From NCBI GenBank assembly GCA_030917815.1, contig JAUPTZ010000010.1:11944-75943 (forward strand): a DNA stretch of 64,000 nt. Direction: 5' to 3'. Shown here in pieces: positions 1 to 9,671 of this stretch. The notes under the pieces were generated by a model that had not been told where the DNA came from, did not search any database, and saw only the letters and a program-made list of their open reading frames with translations. Source of the DNA: Candidatus Babelota bacterium. Lineage in GTDB: Bacteria > Babelota > Babeliae > Babelales > JAUPTZ01. A program made the position numbers and the translations under genes. The first letter of the stretch is position 1, and each line of letters opens with the position of its first letter.

Positions 1-2806
1 CTGTAATCAATTCATTCAAACCATGGTTGATCGACTGAATCTTGAAATTACACCGGCCCGCGCCCTTGAATTCTTAACGCAAAATTCAACTATCCAAAAC
101 AAACTCAAGCTGCTCGTAGAAAGCATTTTTCAACAAAATAGAGCGGCAAACATTAACAGCGATGACAGCAACGATCTTCCAACGCAATTTCGTGAACAAC
201 TCGAAGCGTTACAGCTTCCTGAGCTAACCGCCAACTTTTTGTTTGATATGATTGACCGCTATGAAAGAAGCAAACAAAATCAGCTTGAAGGCCCTGGCCT
301 TGAAACCTATCTACGCTTTGCCCTCGCTCTTCCCTGGGCCGACGCCGCCTCAACCGAACCGGAAATGTTCGATCTGGACACGGTAGCAGAAGCACTTAAT
401 GAATACCAGTACGGCATGGATCAAGTAAAAGATATCGTGCTGACCCACTTAGCACTGCGCATGGTATGTCCAGGAGGGACCCCGCTCGTGCTCTGCCTCG
501 TTGGCGCACCCGGCACCGGAAAAACCTCGATTTGCACCCATATTGCGCAAGCACTGAATAAAAAAATGTACCGCATCAGCCTTGCCGGTGTACACGCACA
601 GTCAGATATCACCGGCGTAAGTCGCTCATATTTGAATGCGTCAGAAGGTAAAATCTTGCGAGGACTCAAAACAATGCAAAGCGCATCTGGCGTAGTCTTG
701 CTTGATGAAATCGATAAGATGGGTAACGAAAATAAATGGCATGGTTCGCCGGCAGATGCGCTTTTGCACGCGCTAGACCCGGAACAAAATACGGCATTTT
801 TTGATGACTACCTAAGCATCCCCTTTAATATCTCAAAAATTCTTTTCATTGCAACAGCGAACAACGAGCGGGAAATTCCAAGCGCATTACGTGATCGTAT
901 GACCATCGTGCAAGTACCTTCGTATACTCGTGCCGAAAAGATTGAGATTGCTCAAACAAAGATCATCCCTCGCCTCTTGAAGAAGATCGGTTTAATGAGT
1001 CAAAAGCCATCGTTTAGCAACGAAGTTATTGGCACCATTATCGATAAATATACATTCGAAGATGGGCTGCGTGGGTTAACCAATCAACTCAACTTCCTCA
1101 TTGGAAAATTTGCACGCGGTTACCTGCGCAACGAAACAATTACGTTTACTCCCGATAATCTTATCTCATTCCTTGGCTTGGCTCACAACAACTTAGCTCA
1201 GTTCAAACGCAAGGCAAAAGAAATTGAACCATACCTCTCGCCACTCGCACGTAAAAAACTGTTTGAAGCTATCGATGCCTTCGATGTTGCTCGTGAGCGC
1301 ACCGATACGCATGAGCAGCTACGAGCCTACATCGCTGCCTTCCTTGCCATTCCATGGGCACCAGAAGTTGATACCACCAACTATGATCTGGTAACGGTTG
1401 CACAAGCAATAGAAAAAACACACTATGGCGCCGATGAAGTAGAAGAATCGATTCTTGATTACCTCACTCTTGCACAGCGCAACACCGACAAGAGCGCTGG
1501 CACCGTGCTTTGCTTATACGGGCCGCCCGGCGTTGGTAAAACATCGATCGCTCAAGCGCTTGCCACCGCTCTTAACAAAAAACTTATTCGCGTCTCAATG
1601 GGCAGCATAACCTCGTCGCTCGATATCCGTGGTATTGCATCGGAATACCGCAATAGTCATGCCGGTGTTATTGCGCAAGCATTGATTGATAGTGGCTCGA
1701 AAAACACACTGATTGTTCTTGATGAAATCGATAAGATTCCTCACATTTCCATCGCGAACACCTTGCTTGATGTACTCGACCCATCGCAGAACACTGCCTT
1801 TGTTGATGATTATTTAGGCGTGCCAATTGATCTCTCAAACGTGTTGTTTGTCGCAACAGCCAACGATTTTCAAAATATTCCCTACCCTCTCTATGACCGC
1901 CTAACAATCATAGAGATGCCAGGCTACTCAGAACGGCAGAAAGTTGAGATTGCACAAAACTACTTACTCCCAAAACTGTATGCACAAAACGGGATTACCG
2001 ATTTATCATTTATAACACCAGAACTGCTTCACGCCGTTGTATTTAACTACACCAAGGAAACCGGTGTTCGCCAGCTCAATAAGCGCCTCAAAACAATTGT
2101 CGCTCGATATCTACGCAATCAGAATAACAACATAACACCGGAAAACTTAGAGACGGTCTTGGGCGAACCAATTCTACATGATGCGATCTCCCGAGCCGAT
2201 ACCGTGGGCACTTGCAACGGCCTCTACTGGAGTATGGGTGGCGGTGGCGTATTGCTCATCCAAGTTACGATGGCCAAAGGAAAAGGCGAAATTAAAATTA
2301 GCGGTCTTGCAAAAGAAGACATGCAGGAATCGGCACGAGCTGCGCTCAGCTACGTCAAAACAAACTTCGCTAACATCATGGCCACCTACGCACCAAAAGT
2401 ATCACTACAGAACACAACAAGCCTGGACAAGCTTGATATTAATATCCACGTAATGCGCGGCGCCATCCCTAAATCAGGCCCATCGGCCGGCCTTGCGTTT
2501 GGCACTGCACTGATCTCAGCATTAACCGGTCGCCCAACACGACATGATTACGCAATGACCGGTGAAATTGATCTCTTTGGTAACGCATTTGCAATTGGCG
2601 GACTCGATCAAAAACTTGAGGGAGCGCGTAGCCTTGGTATCAAGCATGTATTGGTACCGGAAGAAAACAGAGCCAGCATTGAAGCGCTCAAGGAGATGCC
2701 GGCCGGTATTGATATTACGTTTGTACAAACCATTGATGACGTGCTAACACAGATTTTGCTGCCAGCCACCGTTGATACTAGTTCACTGTTTACCGCTGTT
2801 GCTTAG
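1..2806 (+). CDS. lon: Lon (S16) family ATP-dependent protease with two tandem AAA+ modules; probably 5'-truncated by the window edge
   Basis: Walker A GAPGTGKT (503-526) and GPPGVGKT (1520-1543), each followed by LDEIDK and LDPxQNxxFxDxY. C-terminal protease domain PKSGPSAG with Lys 43 residues after the Ser (IGGLDQK). The frame is open from base 2 to the ATG at 23, so the true start may be upstream. Confidence 0.9.
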   Translation, partial: CNQFIQTMVDRLNLEITPARALEFLTQNSTIQNKLKLLVESIFQQNRAANINSDDSNDLPTQFREQLEALQLPELTANFLFDMIDRYERSKQNQLEGPGLETYLRFALALPWADAASTEPEMFDLDTVAEALNEYQYGMDQVKDIVLTHLALRMVCPGGTPLVLCLVGAPGTGKTSICTHIAQALNKKMYRISLAGVHAQSDITGVSRSYLNASEGKILRGLKTMQSASGVVLLDEIDKMGNENKWHGSPADALLHALDPEQNTAFFDDYLSIPFNISKILFIATANNEREIPSALRDRMTIVQVPSYTRAEKIEIAQTKIIPRLLKKIGLMSQKPSFSNEVIGTIIDKYTFEDGLRGLTNQLNFLIGKFARGYLRNETITFTPDNLISFLGLAHNNLAQFKRKAKEIEPYLSPLARKKLFEAIDAFDVARERTDTHEQLRAYIAAFLAIPWAPEVDTTNYDLVTVAQAIEKTHYGADEVEESILDYLTLAQRNTDKSAGTVLCLYGPPGVGKTSIAQALATALNKKLIRVSMGSITSSLDIRGIASEYRNSHAGVIAQALIDSGSKNTLIVLDEIDKIPHISIANTLLDVLDPSQNTAFVDDYLGVPIDLSNVLFVATANDFQNIPYPLYDRLTIIEMPGYSERQKVEIAQNYLLPKLYAQNGITDLSFITPELLHAVVFNYTKETGVRQLNKRLKTIVARYLRNQNNNITPENLETVLGEPILHDAISRADTVGTCNGLYWSMGGGGVLLIQVTMAKGKGEIKISGLAKEDMQESARAALSYVKTNFANIMATYAPKVSLQNTTSLDKLDINIHVMRGAIPKSGPSAGLAFGTALISALTGRPTRHDYAMTGEIDLFGNAFAIGGLDQKLEGARSLGIKHVLVPEENRASIEALKEMPAGIDITFVQTIDDVLTQILLPATVDTSSLFTAVA

Positions 2807-2895
2807 CAAGCCCCTAAACTATTGCCTCGGCCGCGCTATTCTTACCATCCTACTCGAATCAACGACACGGAGCACCACCTACAAAGGTCACGTCT

Positions 2896-3708
2896 ATGCT
2901 CTATCGCATCTTCTGGCACGCCCTACGTGCCACACCAACTACCCTTCTCACGCTGACTACCACTACCGCCACCCTAGCTCCTATTGCCAATCCCACCGCT
3001 CCGTACGCCAGCCTCACACCAGACCCCTACTTCCTCAATGAACACTACGATCTCACCGCTCCTTTTCAACTCAGAACCTTCCTTGACATCAGCCTGCCAA
3101 GCATTCACAGGAACCTGTTTGGCCTCGTTGTTGCTCTACCAGCCACCACACCAGAACCACAGCGGCTCGGCTCCCAAATAGCTGCGGTCCTTGCGCAACT
3201 CGACCTTCCAGCCTATGTCATTACCACCGATAGTCCGATTAATAGGCCGGCCCGCACATTAACCTGCGTGTTTTTTAATCAACCAACAGGACGCAGAATG
3301 CCATTACTAATCGCAGGACTGAGCCTCTTGCTGTGCATGGTAACCGGAGCACTAGCCTGGCAAACCCAAGTATCGACCCAGAGGCCGGCCGTAGCGAATA
3401 TAGCAGGCCTAAACACAAAGCGGCCGATTCCTCGGCAAGAGAAAATCGACCACCTTGTCTATCAACCTATTGCCGCTGCCGTGACGGCTCATCAAGCCTC
3501 ATGTCAACTTATCAAACTGATTGGGGAACCAAAGAGTACTGCGGTTCATTTTGTTACCTGCAACCCGGCGCATCTCACTATCGTACGCACAATGTTTGAA
3601 ATGGCGACTCAATCACCATGGAGCACAAGCACCCCACGATATCAGGCAGGCTACCCGGCACTCTATAAAGCGATGCTTAACGCTAACGCCACAAAATTAA
3701 TCGTCTGA
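2896..3708 (+). CDS. Hypothetical membrane protein, single central TM helix
   Basis: 270 aa ORF; hydrophobic stretch LLIAGLSLLLCMVTGALAW; no motif recognised. Confidence 0.6.
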   Translation: MLYRIFWHALRATPTTLLTLTTTTATLAPIANPTAPYASLTPDPYFLNEHYDLTAPFQLRTFLDISLPSIHRNLFGLVVALPATTPEPQRLGSQIAAVLAQLDLPAYVITTDSPINRPARTLTCVFFNQPTGRRMPLLIAGLSLLLCMVTGALAWQTQVSTQRPAVANIAGLNTKRPIPRQEKIDHLVYQPIAAAVTAHQASCQLIKLIGEPKSTAVHFVTCNPAHLTIVRTMFEMATQSPWSTSTPRYQAGYPALYKAMLNANATKLIV

Positions 3709-5598
3709 TACGATTCGTTGGCGCTTATTTCGTAACTCCCTGACTCTCTGAACTTCTAGCTCTTCTGCATACGTAGTAGTCCACACGCTAATATGTACAG
3801 AACATTCATCTCGATAGCTATCATGTACCGTTGCTATATCACTTAAGCTTTGAATGATAATCTTCCCACCATCAAACGAAGCAGAGGCTAGATACCGTAT
3901 CAATAACGTTATACATCGAGGTGTTAAAGACTCAAACTGACATCCGATAGAACCTAGCTGAGAATACACATACATTTCTGCCAACCCCGCTGTCATGAGC
4001 CTTTCAATATTATTTTCAGCAAATGTAAGAAGTTTCCCAGCATTTACCTCATTGCTACAAGCAAAGGTATTATAATCCTCGACCTCAACCTCCTGTACAA
4101 AAAAAGTCTCTAACAGATCATCAAGCTCTAGACTCGCCCGATCCGATGCTTCTGCCGTAAATAGTGTCGGCGACTGTAGTGGAATGCGATTAAACAGTGG
4201 CGCAACAGTAGACAATGTTGGCACAGGAAGACAATCACCTATCGTTAAATCATCGATTTTCTTCGTAATAAAATCTAACAAAGTTGAAGTCTGTGAGTAT
4301 GAGTACGCCGATCGAAGGTGCTCGGACCTACTCTGCAATAGACGAAAAACAGCTTGATTCTGGCTTTCATCGCTTCCAATAAACAGCAGATCAATGAGCT
4401 TTTTTTGATATTCCACCCAAGCGTCTTCCCTCATTTTATTAGCTCCTAGCTGCGCATCAAAGAAAGCACAATAAGATAGGAATTCACCACGATACCACTC
4501 TAAACAAGCCGAAGTATTACTCTGCAAACACAAGCGAAGCGCATCAGCAACCATTGTAATAACATAAGGTTTTTCCCTACAAGCGATCACCAATTGCGAA
4601 GCGGACCCCACGCTAGCTAAAGCAGCAGCTTGTAACAGCTCAACGTACCAAGGAGCAACAATCTTAATAGCCACCAAATCCACCCCATATGAAGATATCC
4701 TTTTTTGGATCTCATCTTCGGATGCTAAGTAAAAAATAAACTTAACTCCTGGCCTATTATAAGTACCAGATTTTTTAGAAACCATTCCGCCGCCATTCGA
4801 GCCTGATGATACACCACCAGCCCTTTTAGCATAGCTAATGGCATCCGCCCCTCCCCCTGACAGCACTCCACCACAAATACCAGAAACTTTTTTAATCGCT
4901 ACTTTTTCGCCAGTAGGACCGGCCTTAGCCGGAGCACCAGCGTGCATTGACCGCTCCCCAAGCGCAGGCCTATTTTGAACAATGCCATACCGCTGCAAAA
5001 ACGCAGACAAACATGGCGTATCTTTCGCTTCAGCCGCGCCATTACCCACTAAATAACCGTTCGTAATCATCCAGCACAACATGCTCTTGATTTCCTGCGC
5101 CCCCACCTCCTTAGATTCTCCGGTAGGCGCACCTTCAAGCCGCTTAAGTAGGACCTCCATAAGCTGGGCGACGGAGGCTGTGGATGAATTCGTGTTTTTC
5201 ACACCACCGGCCGTAAGCATGCCCGCGGTCTCAAGAATGCTACTTAAAGCCTTAAGACAATGAGCAAAGAAAGGAAAGTAGAACCCCGGATCACTCTCAG
5301 GAGTATTCTCGAAAACTCTAAGATTATATACGATTATAAGCCGAAACAGACGGTTACCAAGCTTTGGCTGTTTTTTGACCTCCTCAGCCCAGTGGTTCAA
5401 TATACTTTTCCACCCTTCAAGCGAGCATTTATCTGCCGCCTCGAAAACCTCTGTTGTTATATTAGCTGGATCGGCATTAGTCAAAATCCCAAAAATATCA
5501 GGCAAGCAAGAAGAAGCCCCGTCTGATGGCCGAACCTGAAACGGCAATCCCAAAAAAATTACTACACCAAACAATATGAATTTATTAACGCACCTCAT
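3697..5598 (-). CDS. Hypothetical exported protein (helical, orphan)
   Basis: Long ORF (track gives 3697..5664). Likely start ATG 5598 after a GGGGGGA stretch, giving signal-like MRCVNKFILFGVVIFLGLPF. Confidence 0.7.
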   Translation of the reverse strand: MRCVNKFILFGVVIFLGLPFQVRPSDGASSCLPDIFGILTNADPANITTEVFEAADKCSLEGWKSILNHWAEEVKKQPKLGNRLFRLIIVYNLRVFENTPESDPGFYFPFFAHCLKALSSILETAGMLTAGGVKNTNSSTASVAQLMEVLLKRLEGAPTGESKEVGAQEIKSMLCWMITNGYLVGNGAAEAKDTPCLSAFLQRYGIVQNRPALGERSMHAGAPAKAGPTGEKVAIKKVSGICGGVLSGGGADAISYAKRAGGVSSGSNGGGMVSKKSGTYNRPGVKFIFYLASEDEIQKRISSYGVDLVAIKIVAPWYVELLQAAALASVGSASQLVIACREKPYVITMVADALRLCLQSNTSACLEWYRGEFLSYCAFFDAQLGANKMREDAWVEYQKKLIDLLFIGSDESQNQAVFRLLQSRSEHLRSAYSYSQTSTLLDFITKKIDDLTIGDCLPVPTLSTVAPLFNRIPLQSPTLFTAEASDRASLELDDLLETFFVQEVEVEDYNTFACSNEVNAGKLLTFAENNIERLMTAGLAEMYVYSQLGSIGCQFESLTPRCITLLIRYLASASFDGGKIIIQSLSDIATVHDSYRDECSVHISVWTTTYAEELEVQRVRELRNKRQRIVSDD

Positions 5599-5747
5599 AG
5601 ATCCCCCCCACTGACCGCCAAAACACCATCCTCTGGCTGTAAATATACTATACTTGAAGGACAAAGGGTGCCTGGGCAGGTATCAAATGTCAATACGTCA
5701 ACACAGGCGGTCGCTAAGAGATGCCTCTTAGCTAATGAGGGCTCAAT

Positions 5748-5776
5748 TTGCAGTCCCTACCAACCTCTGCTATTAT
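5748..5776 (+). promoter_or_regulatory. Putative sigma70 promoter of rpsA-ndk
   Basis: TTGCAG-17 bp-TATTAT with an extended -10 TG, ~100 bp upstream of the rpsA ATG at 5878. Confidence 0.5.
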
Positions 5777-5877
5777 TTACGGGCGTGAAAGCCTAGTTGT
5801 TTCCACGTTTTTTAGTATATGTATCATTCCTAAACCGATGGCAGGTCCGCCTGGCATCATCGAAACGAAACTCAAAC

Positions 5878-7686
5878 ATGCTTAAAAGTACGATTGACGC
5901 GAAAGCGACTCAACTCTTAAACGAAGAACTGATTCAAGACCAGTTTACGTTATCGCCAAAAGAAGAGGCATCTTTAAACGAACTCTACCAACAACACGGC
6001 GCAGTCTTTGCTCCGGGCCAATTGTTCACCGGCAAGGTACTCAGCCGTAGCAACAGTGGCATGGTAGTAGACGTTGCCTTCAAATCATATGGCACTATTC
6101 CTATGAACGAATTCAACTCTCAAGAACTCGCCCTTCTTGTCGAAGGTGCTTCTATTGAAGTATTAGTCGACCGCCTTGAAGATGAAAACGGCTCAGTAGT
6201 ATTGTCATACCAAAAAGCTAAATCAATGAAGGCTTGGGACCGCATTGTCGATCTTGCAAAAGAAGACAAGCCGGTTTCAGGTATCGTTCTTGGTAAAGTT
6301 AAAGGTGGTCTTAACGTTGACATTGGTATCCCAGCTTTCCTTCCTGGCTCGCAAGTAGATATGCAACGTATCAACGATTTCGACCAATTCGTTGGCCAAG
6401 AAATCGTATGTAAGATTTTAAAAATCAACAAAAAACGTGGCAATGTTATTATTTCTCGTCGTCGCTACCTTGAAAGTGAACGTCAAGCTAATAAGTCAAA
6501 AGTCATGACCACTATTGTCGAAGGACAAGTAATACAAGGTATCGCTAAGAACATCACCAACTACGGTGTGTTTGTTGATATCGGTGGCGTAGACGGCTTG
6601 CTTCACATTACCGATATGTCATGGGGTCGCGTAAGCCACCCAAGCGAATTGGTAAAGATTGGCGACACTATCACCGTTAAAGTTATCGGCCTTGACCGTG
6701 AACATGAAAAAATCTCTCTTGGTATCAAGCAACTCTCAAGCAACCCTTGGGACGAAGTTGAGAAGAAATACCCTATCGGCAGCACGCTGACCGGCAAGGT
6801 TTCAAGCATTACCGAATACGGTTTGTTTGTAGAAATCTCTCCTGGCGTTGAAGGCTTGGTCCATATTTCCGAAGTTTCATGGACAGAACGTATTACCAAC
6901 TTACACCGTCATTTCCAAATCGGTAAAGAGGTAACCGTTGTCGTCATTACGCTCGACAAGCAAAATCGCCGTATGTCTCTGAGTATCAAGCAATTGACAC
7001 CAGATCCATGGCAAACAATTACTGCTAAATACAAAGTTGGCGATCGCATCTCTGGCAAAATCAGCAATGTGACCGACTTCGGTGTGTTTGTAGAACTTTC
7101 CGACGGTATTGATGGCTTGGTACACGTATCAGATATTTCGTGGACCGATCATATCACTCACCCAAGTGAACATTACAAGAAAGCCGACGTTGTTGAAGCG
7201 ATCGTCTTGTCTATCGATACCGACAGCAAGAAGATCTCTCTTGGCATCAAGCAACTGCAAAATGATCCTTGGAATTCGGTAGAAACCGTACATCCAGTAG
7301 GCTCAACTGTTGATGGCGCCGTTTCAAAAATAACCAGTTTTGGTGCTTTTGTTCGTCTCCAAAGCGGCCTTGAAGGCTTGATCCACAGTTCAGAATTGGC
7401 TGAAGGATCGAACATTAAGGTTGGCGAGCCTGTTCGTTGCAAAGTAATCAAGATCAACACCGATGATCGTAAGCTTGGCTTATCAATCAGAGCGTTAGAT
7501 CCTGGCTACGTTGCACCACATGCACAACAATCTGCAGATACGGCTGAACGTCGCAAACAACAGCAACAAGATGCAGTTGCACGCAAGAAAGCCACTGAAG
7601 CTAAGCCTGCAGTTACTTCAATGAAGTCTGTACTGCAACAAGCTCTTCAAGAACATGCTGACCGCGTAAAAGCAGATAAGGAATAG
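5878..7686 (+). CDS. rpsA: 30S ribosomal protein S1
   Basis: Six S1 repeats (AFLPGSQVD, YGVFVDIGGVDGLLHITDMSW, EGLVHISEVSW, DGLVHVSDISW). ATG 5878 preferred over TTG 5797. Confidence 0.97.
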   Translation: MLKSTIDAKATQLLNEELIQDQFTLSPKEEASLNELYQQHGAVFAPGQLFTGKVLSRSNSGMVVDVAFKSYGTIPMNEFNSQELALLVEGASIEVLVDRLEDENGSVVLSYQKAKSMKAWDRIVDLAKEDKPVSGIVLGKVKGGLNVDIGIPAFLPGSQVDMQRINDFDQFVGQEIVCKILKINKKRGNVIISRRRYLESERQANKSKVMTTIVEGQVIQGIAKNITNYGVFVDIGGVDGLLHITDMSWGRVSHPSELVKIGDTITVKVIGLDREHEKISLGIKQLSSNPWDEVEKKYPIGSTLTGKVSSITEYGLFVEISPGVEGLVHISEVSWTERITNLHRHFQIGKEVTVVVITLDKQNRRMSLSIKQLTPDPWQTITAKYKVGDRISGKISNVTDFGVFVELSDGIDGLVHVSDISWTDHITHPSEHYKKADVVEAIVLSIDTDSKKISLGIKQLQNDPWNSVETVHPVGSTVDGAVSKITSFGAFVRLQSGLEGLIHSSELAEGSNIKVGEPVRCKVIKINTDDRKLGLSIRALDPGYVAPHAQQSADTAERRKQQQQDAVARKKATEAKPAVTSMKSVLQQALQEHADRVKADKE

Positions 7687-7687
7687 T

Positions 7688-8098
7688 ATGATCGAAAGAA
7701 CATTCGGACTCATTAAACCAGACGCAGTAGCGGCCGGCCATACCGGTGCAATCATCAGCCGTATTGAAAAAGAAGGCTTTAAGATTGTAGGTATGAAAAA
7801 AATGACCATTTCTCGCCCTCAAGCAGAAGTGTTCTATGGTGTTCATAAGGCTCGTCCGTTTTATGAAGAGTTGGTAACGTTCATCACTTCAGGCCCAGTA
7901 ATAGCCCTTGCTCTTGAAAAAGACGGCGCTATTAAAGCATGGCGTGACTTGATGGGTGCTACTAACCCGGCACAAGCGGCTGAAGGTACTTTGCGTAAGC
8001 AATTTGCTATCAGCATCGGTCAAAATGCTACTCATGGTTCCGACCCGGCAGAAACAGCACCGTTTGAATTGGTGCTGTTCTTCCCCGAAATCATGTAA
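7688..8098 (+). CDS. ndk: Nucleoside diphosphate kinase
   Basis: ERTFGLIKPDAV N-terminus, FYGVHKARPFY, catalytic NATHGSD. Confidence 0.97.
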   Translation: MIERTFGLIKPDAVAAGHTGAIISRIEKEGFKIVGMKKMTISRPQAEVFYGVHKARPFYEELVTFITSGPVIALALEKDGAIKAWRDLMGATNPAQAAEGTLRKQFAISIGQNATHGSDPAETAPFELVLFFPEIM

Positions 8099-8123
8099 CT
8101 GATTGTAGAAATCAGCATAATTT

Positions 8124-8160
8124 AGAGGCGGTATTACTCTTACTGGGTAATCCCGCCTCT
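8124..8160 (+). terminator. Probable intrinsic terminator after rpsA-ndk
   Basis: AGAGGCGGTATTAC-9 nt loop-GTAATCCCGCCTCT, 14-bp stem with one mismatch. Confidence 0.65.
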
Positions 8161-8236
8161 CTGTATTCTGGCATCTTTATGAGTATTTCTGGTACACTAT
8201 TAGGGCAAATCATTACTAATTACCTGAGAGGTTTTT

Positions 8237-9568
8237 GTGTTACGTAGTTACTCTTTGCTTGCTCTTTGTCTATTGAGCCTATCAGGTGCCGGCTTTGCCG
8301 CCGAGACACGACCTACTGCGCAGCCAACATGGAGCTGGACTAGCCCAACGAGCTGGCTAAACCCTGTACGCAGTTTATGGGCAACACCGAGCGAACCATC
8401 GGCACCGATGAACTCGGTAACCGCTGCTAAAAAAGAATTTGCCACTTGCCGGCCAGCACAGCGGCAACACCTCATCAATAACGCATTAAGAACGCTAGGC
8501 ATAGATCGATCTAGACGGTTTGGTGAACAACTTAATGAAAACGATAAAACAATACTCGGCGTAATTGGCCTTCTCGCAGAGCAAGGAAAAAAGCCGCTCT
8601 CTCCTCAAGAAATTGCACATGCATTGCTAGCCGGAACAATAACCGGTGATGAACCGCACACGCCGGCAACCACTTTCAAACCAAATCCTGCAGTAGCCGA
8701 AATTCTGCGAGAACTATACCCTTCAGATGCAGCAGTTGACCCAGTCGAAACCGCAGAGCCAACCTTTAACGACACACACGGCAATAAAGTCGATACGGCC
8801 GAAGATGGAATAGGTGGTGAAGAAGATGACACAGCCGCACAGCCTGTTGATCATGAGGAAGGAGAGGACAAGAAGCACCCTACTATGCCAGCCGTCAAAT
8901 CAGCCTTAGAAGAAGATGATCTAGTTGCAAGTGCTACGACCAGCAGTAGAGACAGTGATGTATCTGAAGAAGACAGCAGCGACAGGGAAGAAGCTACGAC
9001 TAAGAAATCAGTTGCTACCGCCGAAGGCATCCCCAAAGAACATCCTCATACACCAGCCGCTGAAAAAGTACCCGAAGAAAGCGAAGGAAGCAAGAGGACC
9101 GACGAAGATGAGGAAATTGCTAGCGATAATGGTGAAAAGGTAGCCCAGCTAGTCGCAACGAAGCCAACGCCTAAAGTACTCGATACACTAGTAGTAACCA
9201 CATCAAAGTCCTCAAACATTAGAACCGTAGTAAAAGCACTCCCCGCAACACCTGCGTCAACAGGGACAGAAGCAATTTCACCGCAAAGAAGCCGGATCAA
9301 CACCGAAACAATCGCTGGTAGCACCGCTCTTCTTCTGGGCCTTACCTTGCTTAGCATAGTATTCACCAACCAAAAATCGCGCATGGCCTTTCTTTCTTGG
9401 TTCACCAATCAGGAGGTGCCAGACGCCCTAAATAGGTCACCAGAAGAATTAATAGCTCGCTATGGGGAACGAAAATCAGCCATTCTGCTAACCGCAATCG
9501 GCCTTATCGCCATGGGTGGCGGAGTATATGGGATTTCGCGAGGCCTGAGTGCGACTGCAGCCGCTTAA
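8237..9568 (+). CDS. Hypothetical exported protein with acidic disordered middle and C-terminal twin TM helices
   Basis: GAGAGG RBS, signal peptide MLRSYSLLALCLLSLSGAGFA, D/E-rich region, two hydrophobic helices near the C-terminus. Confidence 0.8.
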   Translation: MLRSYSLLALCLLSLSGAGFAAETRPTAQPTWSWTSPTSWLNPVRSLWATPSEPSAPMNSVTAAKKEFATCRPAQRQHLINNALRTLGIDRSRRFGEQLNENDKTILGVIGLLAEQGKKPLSPQEIAHALLAGTITGDEPHTPATTFKPNPAVAEILRELYPSDAAVDPVETAEPTFNDTHGNKVDTAEDGIGGEEDDTAAQPVDHEEGEDKKHPTMPAVKSALEEDDLVASATTSSRDSDVSEEDSSDREEATTKKSVATAEGIPKEHPHTPAAEKVPEESEGSKRTDEDEEIASDNGEKVAQLVATKPTPKVLDTLVVTTSKSSNIRTVVKALPATPASTGTEAISPQRSRINTETIAGSTALLLGLTLLSIVFTNQKSRMAFLSWFTNQEVPDALNRSPEELIARYGERKSAILLTAIGLIAMGGGVYGISRGLSATAAA

Positions 9569-9671
9569 AAGTAGCTTTTTAGCTTGGTTTTTTATAAAAA
9601 AGTAGGCGTATGCCGTTCTTATTGGTTATACTGTTCGGCAGTAGAATTTGTACTATTTTAGGATATTAAGT

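Noticed and set aside
2896-3708. PilN/GspL-like pilus assembly protein
   Set aside because: Only the topology fits; no motif or neighbouring pil/gsp genes support it.
5700-5877. Small hairpins upstream of rpsA as a riboswitch or ncRNA
   Set aside because: Short stems only (e.g. 5713-5732). They may be a leader structure, but I cannot match a known family by eye.
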